This document shows positions 49,701-60,855 of a DNA stretch of 64,000 nucleotides, piece after piece; the first letter of the stretch is position 1; each line of letters starts with the position of its first letter. The notes below the pieces were generated by a model that was not told the DNA's origin, did no database searches, and saw nothing but the letters and a program-made list of their open reading frames with translations. The translations under genes were made by a program, and so were the position numbers. This DNA is from Cenococcum geophilum. Its lineage: Eukaryota. The stretch covers positions 16,430,001 to 16,494,000 of the forward strand of contig CP158635.1 of the NCBI GenBank assembly GCA_050273025.1, given 5' to 3'.

Positions 49701-51748
49701 CGCTAGAATCTATGTTAAAGAAGTGTTTATAAGACATAGAGTACTAAGTAAGATTATATCAGATAGAGATCTAAGATTTATAGTAGCATTCTGGGAAGTG
49801 TTCTTAGCGGAGTAAGGAGTTTAAGTAGTAACTTTTACCGTATATTATCTATAGACAGACAGTTAAACGGAAAGGTTAAATTAGACGCTAGAGTAGTACC
49901 TAAGGTATTATGTTAATTATGTATAGAACAATTAGGTATTGCTATTACTAGTTATATAGTTTGTATATAATATAACACCTTAAGAAGAAATAGGTATATT
50001 ACTATTTAAGGCAAATTATAGATATACGCTAAGAATATTATTGTTACTATGGCAAGTAAAGAAAATAAGTAGTATAGCTAAAGAGAGAATAAAGACATTA
50101 ATAAATCTTTATACAGACCTTATGGAATTAGTAAAGAAAGTATAAGAGAGAATAAAAAAGTACTATAATGCTAAGAGATTTAAGGGACTAGATCTTAAGG
50201 AGGGAGATAAAGTATAGCTACTATATAAAAATTTTAAGAGTTAACGACTAAGTAAGAAATTGGACTACGTTAGACTAAGACCTTTTAAAATTATATAAAG
50301 GATTTCACTAGTTATATTTAAGATTAACCTACTAGCTAAAATAAAGATCTACCCTATATAGTATATTACGATACTAGAGCTAGTATACGGAGATATTAAG
50401 CTACTAATCTATAAAGCAGATATATATAGAGGATAAGAGGAAGATAAATGGCAAGTATTAAAGATTGTTAATTATAAGGATATTAATGACGAAACATAGT
50501 ATAAGGTTAAGTAAATAGGCTACACTAAGACTACCTAGGAGCTACTAAAGAATTTAAAGAACGCTATAAGAAAGGTATAGGAGTATTAGAAGAGATTAGG
50601 TTAGGTAGCATTAATAAAAAAGAATTACTAGAGAATAAGTCACCTAAGGGGGACCTAAGAAGAGTAGTTGCTAAGCTACTTAGATCTATTCCCTTCTCTA
50701 TTAAAAGAGAATCTGTTTTTTTATTACCTAGTTCCTATAGACCTTATTTTATAAGTTTCTACTCCTTAAAATAAACCTTCTTACAAACCTTCTTAAGACA
50801 AAGTAAACGAGTAGATGCCGTAATTTAAGTATTTAGGGCCTTCTATTCCGCATTACGGGAACGTTTTAACTTAGTAAGGGCTTATAATAGTTTACTATCT
50901 AGCCGCGTAGTAGTAGATTAAATATAAGACCCTAAGATAAATTAATTAGGGAACTAGATAACTATTAAGAGTAATAGGTTATATATATTTAGTATTAGAA
51001 GTAGAGCAAATATTATAGGACAAATAAATATTCGCTTTAGTATACTCTAAGTAAGAGGATAGTTATTACAAAGATAGGTTTGCCAACGCAATATAAACTA
51101 ACCCCTTTTTTAAATAATAAGAATATAGAGACGGTATAATCTTACTAAGAGATAATATTGCAGTAATAGTGCGAGCACGACGTTGGGCGTGTAAAGAAGA
51201 AATTGCTTTAGGTATAATAAGCAATAATATTAACTAAATTAATTAAACGGATATTATACCTCTAGTGAATAACTTAGAGATGTTTTAAATCTTTAAGGAT
51301 AAAGATAAAGAGGAGGGAGATGGTGTTACGGACGCTTTAAGTACAATGTTATAACTACTTGGAGAAGAGACGGAAGAAGCTAGTTAGTTAATTTAGGCAT
51401 AGTCTAGAATAGAGCCGATAGAACTATATAATAAGGAATAGTAACTAAGGTTATATAATGTGCTATATATTAAATAAAAGGAACAAGAGGAACTTACATA
51501 CCTTATATATAAGACGTATATTATGTATAAGAAGGATTTTATAGGAGTATGGTTGTGTATTTAAGGACCCTTAGTCCCTACCTAGATAGTTCCTTCCTTA
51601 TAGTAATTCTCAGAATATAATTAGAGTTAATCTGTTGGGCAACCACTCCACCAGTTATTATTACGTTGTTGACTTTTGTACTTGCATTTCCTATACACCT
51701 AGCCTATTGATGAACCCATCGTAGTTCTTGCTACAAGGTTCCGTTATA
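43798..51748 (+). mobile_element. Gypsy C (chromovirus), complete, RIP-inactivated, 7.95 kb
   Basis: 425-bp LTRs at 43798-44222 and 51324-51748; TSD GCAGC/GTAGC (one RIP change); PPT at 51300-51323. gag ATG at ~44267, knuckle at ~45270, RT YLNDIIIY at ~48298, integrase, chromodomain at ~50440-50590. Confidence 0.96.
50600..51215 (-). pseudogene. RIP-inactivated antisense accessory gene of Gypsy C: Zn(II)2Cys6-like cluster + coiled coil, one intron (50932-50986)
   Basis: Six Tyr codons (TAT/TAC, the RIP products of TGT/TGC) spaced x2-x6-x13-x2-x8. ATA start and ATATAT donor match RIPed ATG and GTATGT. CTAAT branch and TTAG acceptor present. 3' end approximate. Confidence 0.7.
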
Positions 51749-53103
51749 GTAGCCACTATATACTAAGTTCTTAATTTAACTATCTATTATCTAACATTCT
51801 AATAGCACAGTCGCCTATAGCGCTTACAGCCTCCTACCATAGTAAGTCTGTATACTACCGTCCCTTAAAGATAATAAATAATAGTATAGTCTGGCCGTAT
51901 ATACCAATTACGTTAATCTAGCTTACCTACTCCCTTAAGCCGTTAATCGTCTTAAAGTTGCTTATATTACCGCGTAGTATAACTACTTTAGCGCTATAAG
52001 TAAAGCCTATAGTAAAGCCTGTCTTATTTATATTCCAAGTATTAATATCTACAATATTATATTAAGTTTTAACATTAGCGTAGTCTGTAAAGAAACTTAT
52101 AACTAGGGCGGGATTATTACCAGCTATAGCCCGTTCTTAATTAATTAAACGTATATAGTAAGTACGCAATTCTTTCTACCAATTTAGAAAGTAATATACC
52201 TATTATTTGCCTAGTGGGGGGGGTGGCTGAAGGCGAGGGATCCTCTAATACTCGCGTAGGTAGATTATTGTTGCTATTATTTAAACGGTATTAATTTAAC
52301 ATAGAAATCCGCCTTTAGTAAGATATATATAATGTTAAACAATTATACCTTCGCTAGAAGACGAAATACGTTATTAATTATTATAGGCGACTTTATAGGA
52401 CTGCTGCTTTTGGTTAATCCTCCTACGAAATGTATTTGGGTTAATATTATATGCTTTTACGCAGGCTTCCTTGCTCTTATAGTAGCCCAAATTCCAGGTA
52501 GTAATAGCTATATCTATCTTCTTATCCGAATTAGGTTTGCGAGGCTAGTGGGGTATTAGAGCGTTGGTAATAAGTATTTAAATTAAGTAGTAACAATTAG
52601 GGGGAAGACAAGATTTAGAAAGTCGAGGCAGCAGAATACTGAATTGGGTGAGTGCTAAGCCTAATACGGCAGGCGGTGTTACGCGACCGTTATAACTCTG
52701 ACACCCGTCATAACCCTGTCACCTACGTTAATCCCATGCACTCCCAAGCCTTGAAAGGCACGTGGTTACCTGTGGCCACTCTTCCTTCTCAGCCACGCAA
52801 GCCTTGCAGGCTGCCAGCCACGCTTCCTGACGTTCTTCTACTCCCTCCACTCCCTCCACTCATTTCTCACCTACCTACATCTATCTGTGCATCTCACCTA
52901 CCCTCTATACTCTTGCTGTCCACCCGACACAAGCGCTCCAACAGAGAACATAATAGCAATGATACCAGCCCGCTCACTCTAACTAGCCTTCATCGGTGGT
53001 CGCCTTCACAACTCCACGGAGCTGCCACGTGCTTGGCCGTGCCGCGATTCGAGTACTGAACATAGCACCACAGGGGTACAATAATAGCCTCAGCGAACTT
53101 GTC

Positions 53104-54488
53104 ATGGCTTCACTCCTCCACCGACTCAAGGCACTCACCCAGGATCAGCCTCAATCCCAGCTCTCATCGCCTCGGACCCCAAAAACTATCCATCAACCAA
53201 TTATGCCCAAGGATCCTAATGCGCCCGATAGTCGCTTTCAGCTCCAGCAGAAGTGTATCTATGAGCGCACTTTGCCAGGGAAGGCTTACATTTCGGCCCA
53301 TGTTAACCGCCTCCAACATGGCTTCTACCAAAGTAACGCAACGCATGAGCACCAGCTAGATAATGTATATTTTGTCTCTGTCCATTTCGTTTTCCATCCT
53401 GCCGATGCAATTTCACACCGCTTCAAATCGGCAACCATCCGTGTTGGTGTCCACAGTGACTTCAATCAGTCCGATGACCCCAAATATAACTGGTACTACC
53501 CGCCCTTTGCCAGCCCAAAGTTCCTAAAACATGCGCCTGAACTTATTTACGGCGCCGTCTCCCCAGAAACTTTACAGTGGAACTTCAGCCTGTCAAGCTC
53601 CCTAGGAGTAACACAGACGCCCGTATCTGCGAGCCTTAACCCTTCTGGTGGTGTTAAAGCAAGTTACAAAGTTTACACCATGATGAGTATTCAAGGCTCC
53701 CTTCGCACATTGCGTAGTCCGCTTAGCCCAGCTTATGATGTGGAGGATGGCTTAGCCGTCTGGACCCTTGAGGAGAATTCTCTACAAAGGTCTGGCCTGC
53801 CCCGAGAATTTGATTTCGTTTTGCTAGTGCATAGGCCCGATGATGTGCAGAATATGTACTTGAGCGTAGATGTCGACTCCGTTATCGATGCTTGGTTCGG
53901 GCATTATCCCCAGTGGTACATAAATCTACAGTCGCACCAACCACCACTCCACAGACAATTTCTCAATTTCCATACCGAAATTGGGCAGAAATTTCAACCG
54001 TCTAAGCCTGGGAAAGGTTTCAATTTCGCAGATCTTCCGAAGCCACTTAATGATTATGTTTCCATGCCCGGGACCATATATCCAACAAACGTAGGTTATG
54101 GCTTAATTGTACATGAATATGATTCTGACTATCCCCATAGGACACGGCAAGCCCCGCTGGTTCAAGCTCGAGCCAACATCCAACGGCCATTCAGAATACT
54201 CAATCAAATGCTCACAATCAGCAGGTGAATAACTCTAGAGGAAATCGCACCTCGAGCAAGCATAGTCTCGGTCTTGGTAACTCCAGCAACAGGAACAGCT
54301 GGGGTCTAGACACTTTGAATGTCCGCGTATTGCTTGAGCACTCCAATTCTCAATCTCCGTCGTCTCGACGTTACTCGGGCTCCCCACGAGGTGGTCAGGA
54401 ACCATTGCGGCACAGATCAATTCGGCGGTCAAAATCGCGTACTGGCCTAAACGAGTATAGCACGCAGCAAGCAGCACATGACGCGTGA
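53104..54488 (+). CDS. Conserved-looking fungal hypothetical protein; exons 53104-54090 and 54141-54488
   Basis: Long ORF with globular composition. A 50-nt intron GTAGGT..CTGAC..TAG joins the 54225-54488 ORF in frame. Confidence 0.8.
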
Positions 54489-55796
54489 TGGTTCCCGTAT
54501 GGATTAATACAAATCAAAATCCCATGAACAGGGCAAGCTCAGCATACGTTCTGCTTGCTACGTCTACCGCGCAGATCCGCTTCCATTTCTCTTAACTATC
54601 TCCTGGAACTAGACACTACGAGCACAATATCTCTCCAGGTATTGGACCTACGCAAATAGCGGTTTCAACTCTTCAACAGATGCAAAATCCACTCAAGACC
54701 TGGCCGGCGAGTAAAAATATTCACTCCTGCTGCAAATTCTAATCCCGATCAATTTTTTGCAACTTAGACTTGAAATTGGTCTGAGGCTTAGGTGAGCGCC
54801 TACATTCATGAACAGGTCATTATCACCCCCCGTGAAACCGAAAGTGGAGTCGAAGGCTCTAGTTATTATCATTTAAGCCAAATCCAAGGTTTATTATGGT
54901 CCCCAATGTCCACCACCGACACCAAATTTTTTCGGTTTCCCGTAGAAATTCTGGCTACAGCAAAGAGCGCCCATACGCTGTGACTAGTTATACTTTCAAT
55001 CTGCCAGGGACCTCGTGTCGGAAGAAGGCGTCGTAGTTTTCGGGTATATTTTCAAAAAGGTCTTGGGAACGTTTTCGTTAGCGTTATCAGACTCCTCGAG
55101 AGAGTCTTTGTACCTTCATGAGTAAACATCCGAGACGGGTCGTATTTTCCCTTCGAGTACCAAGTTCAGGAGGAATGGATAATGCTAGAGAAGCGGCCGA
55201 CCAGTCATAACACATTAATATTTCAACTTGAAGAGGTTTTCTTGCCTTTTGGGCCATCAGTTGACCACCGCGTACTGTGACTAAATTTTCCATCGTCATC
55301 CCGATTGAAAAGTCATTGGTTGTATAAAAGAAATCGCCAATCAATGCCGCATTTCCACATTTCCGAGTCGCTTTGATAACTAGCGAGCGGACAGCGAGCG
55401 ATTCAATTAATACAGTTAGTTAGCGAAGCTCGCTGAACGCCACACTGCTTGCGAGTGCCTCTGAGAGTGGCTAGGTACGTTATAATTCCCGATTGCGCTG
55501 GGTAGGTGGAGCCCCGCAGGTGAAGAGGAGAAAAGGTAAAAGGTGAAGAGGCGGTCACGTGGTAGTGGATGTCGCGGAGTAGCTTCCGCCCAGCATTATG
55601 CGCCCTTACGTCATCCTTTTGCGGGGAAGCTATAACACGCCAGAATGGGGGGTAGTGGCAGTTGCACGGGCATATGTACTATACCAGCACCCCTCTTACT
55701 TCTTTGTAGTTTCCATCTCCTTCATCTTCATCTTCATCTTCTTCATCTCCTTCATCCTTCACATCATCCTTCCTCCTCTATACCAACCCGCCAATA

Positions 55797-56965
55797 ATGG
55801 CTTCCTCATGGTTTCAACGTTCAGCACCGTCCGAGGGACGACATTACTCGGATTTAAAGCCACCCGATGTCGAAGTCCAAGTGGCTAATCGCGAGCCGCA
55901 CCAATATCACTTCAACTCTACCGCATTGCCTCAAGCTACACGATCTGAACACTCTCACTCTCAGCTGCATGTCCAGTCAGCTTCTCTCTTCGATATTGGC
56001 ATTTTCAAAGACACCCTTGCTCCCTCTTTGGCATTACATTCCTCATTCGCATTCTTGTCGTGGGCCGTTGGACGACAAATAAACCGCGTCGACGCCAAAG
56101 ACTGGTTATGGCCCACTGCACAAGTGGTAAATGGATGGTGGTCTGCTGTTGGCCGCCGTGTATTCGAAGGCATGTCACTTTCTCAAGCCTTAAGGCGCTT
56201 GTCCTGGCCTGAGCGTTTGATTCTGACCGGTGTAACTGTGTGGGGAGGCCGTCTATTCTATCGCATTGCCTCGCGGTCCGTGAAGCGCGGCGCCGATGAT
56301 CCAAGATACGAAGAAAGCGGCATCAAGAAAGAAGAGGGCTTCTGGAACAAGGCGTTTTTTACCATATTCCTGCCTGAGGCCGTTTTCCAAAGCATCATCA
56401 GTCTGCCTTTCACCGCTCCCTTTAGGCATGAGGGTGCCGTCTTGACAGGATATCATCCATATATACAGATGCTGGCTGTAGGTTTATTCTCTGCCGGCTT
56501 TGCGCTCGAGACATTAGCAGACTATCAGCTTGATGTCAGCAAAGAACAGAAGAGCGGCGGTTCGAAGAGAGACGGTGTTTGGAGTATTGTGAGGCATCCA
56601 AAGTATGTAGCAACTCCCTACGATGCCCATATCTGTATACATTGTGCGTCTAATTTCCTTTGATATCTAGTTACCTTGGAGACACTCTCGTTCACCTCTC
56701 GTTTCCTCTTCTCCTCTTCGGATCCGACATGCTTGCGCCCATCGAGCTGCTGGGGCCATTAGCAAACTACGCTTTCTTACGTTATTTTGGCGGGGACAAA
56801 GAGAATGAGACAAACCAAGAGGAGCGGGAGCTCATGGAGTGGCGCAAGGAGAAGAACTCATTCTGGCCACAGATGCGGGAATTTAGGAATAAGTGGACCT
56901 GGGTTGTGATCGGATGTGGTGCCTTGGGCGTTGTGATCGAGGAGGGCGTGCGGACATTCCATTGA
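55797..56965 (+). CDS. DUF1295 / steroid 5-alpha-reductase-like membrane protein; exons 55797-56602 and 56671-56965
   Basis: Motifs WGGRL, DDPRY, LETLADYQL and GVWSIVRHPN|YLGD reconstituted across intron 56603-56670. Confidence 0.9.
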
Positions 56966-57333
56966 ACTCCGGGCTATTAAATACATCTGAACTTCAAGCT
57001 AATGATTAAGGCATTCCAGGCAGACCAGGGATTACTGCGGGCGTTAGAGGTGTTGTCGACCTGAATCGGACTTGCTTACTACCCTCTTACTACTATCTTT
57101 GATGCCTACCACCTTATGACTGACCACCCTGCTGCTTACCACCCTACGTCTTACCACCTGTTCCTGTTGCCTGCACCTACATCATGTATATATGGTATAT
57201 ACCGTCCTTGCTTGTCCCTGATAGTGCTAAGATATACACCTGTCGAACGGTAGAACTCACGTGTTGACCGATCTGTGAAAGAAAAGAGATTGCATTAAAA
57301 AGAAATTTCCACATAATACGCCAGGAAGCTCCA

Positions 57334-57700
57334 TTAAGTATCCGTTCGCTTTAGCGTCGTTAGCCATTTCTCGTGAGTTGTGTGATCTAGTCCTCGAAGC
57401 CACTCAACGGTTTTATTTCTTACCGGATTTGGAAGTCTTTCGTATTCCCCTCCGTTAGTCATTAGCGTCTCCGAAATTGTTACCCAAAGGTCAATATCTT
57501 GATCTAGAATGATATAATTATCAAGCCCAATTCTCTTGTCTGTCAGAGCATTTACGGGAATGATGTGTGGGATGCCGGGTTTAGCCTCCGGGATCCCGCC
57601 CGCATTTGAGGAAACGACTGGAGTACCACGAAGTTGTGCTTCAGTCACGACAATCCCCCAAGATTCTAGCCAGAGTAATTGTTGAAATAAACGACGGAGG
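57334..57700 (-). pseudogene. C-terminal fragment of a GT-B (GT4/Glycos_transf_1-like) glycosyltransferase
   Basis: WLESWGIVVTEAQLRGTPVVSSNAGGIPEAK matches the E-x7-E GT4 signature. No N-terminal domain or ATG exon found upstream. Confidence 0.7.
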
Positions 57701-57813
57701 GGAGTCAAAAGTATGGTAGAAAGGTTGATTGATATTTGGTAGATATCGTTTACGCGCTTAACAAATGTTGCGAAACCCCCTCAGACGTGATTTCGATGGT
57801 GCATCACGAACGT

Positions 57814-57963
57814 GGTTAGTCACCCGCTTGCGGGCCGATTGACTCCGCACCAACGGAATCACGTCTGAGCTTGCTGAGGTAATACCACGATCGTAGTTAG
57901 TCATTCGCTTGCGGGCCGATTGACTCTGCACCAATAGAATCGCAGCTGAGCTTGCTGAGGTAA
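57814..57963. repeat. Tandem duplication, 81-bp period, 2 copies
   Basis: GTTAGTCA..CGCTTGCGGGCCGATTGACTC.GCACCAA..GAATC...CTGAGCTTGCTGAGGTAA occurs twice. Confidence 0.85.
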
Positions 57964-58179
57964 GAGCTTGCTGAAGTAAACAACGGCGACACTCTCCAGG
58001 TTCTGAAGCTAGAAAAGCCACCTCACTAACCACCTGTATCCCTCTTCTACAGCTATCATATCCCAACCCCATTTCTTAGGCCAGCCTTTATTCTCTGAAC
58101 TTCTCGGCCGCAACTACAAAATCGGCACAGGCACAGAACGAGAAGCACTTCATTTCATTATATCGCACAAGGTACCATC

Positions 58180-59119
58180 ATGGGTGCGTTGACGAACGTA
58201 ATCCGAATGTCTATCTCTTCTAGGTAGCCCAGAACGACAGCACATGCTAACAGCAGCCAAGTATCCTACTTATACTAAGCCTCGCTTCTTTCATCCCCCA
58301 ATATCGTCACATTCTGTCCCGCGGAAACTGCGCCGGAATTGTTCCCAACTATGTCCTCTTTAACCTCATCGCAGCCACGGAGCAGTTTGCACTTGGACTA
58401 TACTTTATCATTGACAATACCGAGGTGGAGGATAGTATCGTACGGTCCCCGCCAACACTAGGTGACTGGCTCAACCTGGCCCAGTTTACCGTCGTCTGGC
58501 TATGCCATTTAGTTCTGTGAGTGCAACCCTTGCTAACTCCTTAGCACCCTTGCGCTGTTGGGGCGCGTATGGACGGCAGTGCAGTTAATTAACCCTTTAT
58601 TCAAGCTTCGGACTATATCTCTACCACCCACCATCACGCCCCTCCGCCAAAAGAACCATAATCGCCATCTACATCGCTTTTCTCCTTATCTCACTCGCGC
58701 CAGTCATCTTCGAATCTACCCTACCGCCCCCCGGCACCGACCCTAACCACGACCGCCGCTGGGTCTCTGCCATCTTCTTCTACACGCACAGCATCCTTGT
58801 GAACCCCATCGTCACCGCCATCGCCGTCGCCGCGCTGTTCCCCCAGGCGCGCGAGACGTGGTCTCGCTCAGACCCCGGCGCGCTGAGCGTCCATGCCTTG
58901 GCCGCGCAGGCTGTCGTTTTCGCTGTAGTGGCCTTCTGCTGGCCGCTGCGTATGACACTACCATTGGGTGTCGGTTTCATCACGTGGTATCAGCTCATCG
59001 GTTGGGCAGCCGTGGACAACTTTGTGTTTGCCATTGTCCAGTCGGTGCTATGGTGGATCTCAAGGCGAGCCAGATTAAGTGGGTCTATAGAGGGCGAGGA
59101 GACTACACCTCTAATATAA
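58180..59119 (+). CDS. PQ-loop repeat membrane protein (3 exons; second intron 58517-58605; first intron boundaries uncertain, ~58209-58261)
   Basis: Two PQ motifs (SFIPQYRHIL...YVLFNLIAATEQF and ALFPQARE...GALS), several hydrophobic helices, C-terminal ETTPLI. Confidence 0.75.
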
Positions 59120-59621
59120 CCAGATTTTTATAATAGTTTTTATTATCTTTTTAATATATTTATAACGTAGGTAATAGAGTTATAACGGCAATAGAGCTAT
59201 AATAGTTTATAGTAATTGATAAGTAATTTCTATGGAAACAAACCAAAAAACGAACAAAGGGAATCTGCTTATATAAGTAGGAAACGCGTGTGGAGGACTC
59301 TTCCAGATCCATCCTTAGAGAGAAGCATGTTATAATTGAAACTCGATATATGCGGAATTTTCTTAATTTATAAAGATGTCATCCAGTGCCAAGTAATCCT
59401 TACTCAAACACGCAAGCCGAACCAGCAGCCATGAGTCAGGTATTGGATGAACACCAATCGGACCCAAAAGCTCCCAGATTCTATCCTCTTATTTTATGAC
59501 TCTCTTCTCCAGATATCGCCAATCCATACACAGCCCCCGCGCTCTTTTAGATACTGCGAAATCGCTAATTCCGCTCCGCATCCGTCCCTCGCTTGTAAAT
59601 CAGAGGATACTCCAGCGCACG

Positions 59622-60633
59622 ATGGCAACTGCAATGGCTAAGCGCCTCGAAGGCAAAACAATTGTCGTGACGGGGGCTTCATCTGGTATTGGACGGAGCA
59701 CGGCTATGGAATTTGCGCGGACAGCACCCAAGAATCTCAAGCTTATCCTCACAGCGCGACGTATCGACACTCTGAAAGAAATAGCGGCGGAGATAAACAA
59801 AGAGGTGGGCGAGGGTGTGAAGGTGTTACCCATAAAACTCGATGTGAGCAAGCCGGAGAAGGTAAAGGCATTCGTGGGGAGGCTGCCAGAGGAGTTTAGG
59901 GAGATCGACGTGTTGGTTAATAATGCGTATGGTTTCCTTCTGCCCGACTTCTCATTTACATAACTTCTAACTTTGGAGATCTTGGATAACATTGCTAATA
60001 ATATATTTGCATACAGTGGCCTTGTGAAAGGCGTAGCACAAGCTCCCTCTATCGCCGAAGAAGACATAAACGTTATGTTCGCGACCAACGTAACCGGCCT
60101 CATAAATATGACACAAGCTATCTTACCTATTTTCAAAGCTCGCCCAGATGGCGGCAAAGGTGACATTATCAACATTGGTAGTATAGCAGGGCGAGAACCG
60201 TATCATGGGGGAAGCATCTACTGCGCGACAAAGGCTGCTGTACGGAGCTTCACCGACGCGCTGAGGAGGGAGCTCATCGCAACGCGGATTAGGATTATTG
60301 AGGTCGATCCGGGACAAGTGGAAACTGAGTTCTCGGTGGTGCGATTTTACGGGGATAAGAAAAAGGCAGACGCTATATATGCGTAAGAGATGCCTGAGGT
60401 TGCATCATCGAGGTCGCCAGCTAATTTTCGTAGGGGCTGTGAACCTCTTACACCAGACGATATCGCCGAAGTCATAGTGTTCGCTGCTGGTAGGAGGGAA
60501 AATGTAGTCATTGCTGATACATTAATCTTCCCAAACCACCAAGTAAGTCATCATCTACTTTCTTAGGGCCCCTGGACTCGGGCTAATATATGGAAAGGCT
60601 GCGGCGACTGTCATGCATAAGAAGTCGGTGTAA
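59622..60633 (+). CDS. Short-chain dehydrogenase/reductase, NADP-dependent 3-hydroxy acid dehydrogenase (YMR226C/YdfG-like); introns 59927-60016, 60383-60433, 60543-60597
   Basis: TGASSGIG, LVNNA|GLVKG, GSIAG, YCATK, DPGQVETEFSVVRF, PLTPDDIAE. An in-frame upstream ATG exists at 59496. Confidence 0.92.
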
Positions 60634-60855
60634 AGGCAATTATGCTGGCAAAGAGTAGGCTAGCATAGGTGGTGAGATGTATAAAAAGTCATCATAACGA
60701 GCGTTGTATAGAAATTCGATCCGGGATGACAATGAGTTATTTGAGAGGAATCTGTCGAGGCATCACATAGACGATACATGGATAGACAGTCTAGCCTTCG
60801 TAGGCAATTTAAAATATATTTTACAGCACCATGTACAGGTATATCTATGTGCTAT

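Larger units (their letters stand above)
42278..52728 (-). mobile_element. Fot1/Pot2-like (pogo, DDE_1) DNA transposon, RIP-inactivated, split by Gypsy C
   Basis: ~43-bp TIRs ACGTAGGTGACAGGGTTATGACGGGTGTCAGAGTTAT(G/A)ACGGT and TA TSD. Motifs WNINKTGF (WNMDETGF, ~52015-52040), LIIDGYSSY (DGHGSH, ~43680-43705), CLPPYLTHLLQPLDL (~43580-43626). Confidence 0.93.

Noticed and set aside
16000..52730. Starship or other giant cargo-carrying element
   Set aside because: No tyrosine-recombinase/DUF3435 remnant seen; nearly all of the block is explained by nested conventional TEs.
59120..59235. AT-rich patch after the PQ-loop gene as a distinct mobile element
   Set aside because: TpA-rich and possibly a tiny RIP relic, but no termini, TSD or homology visible.
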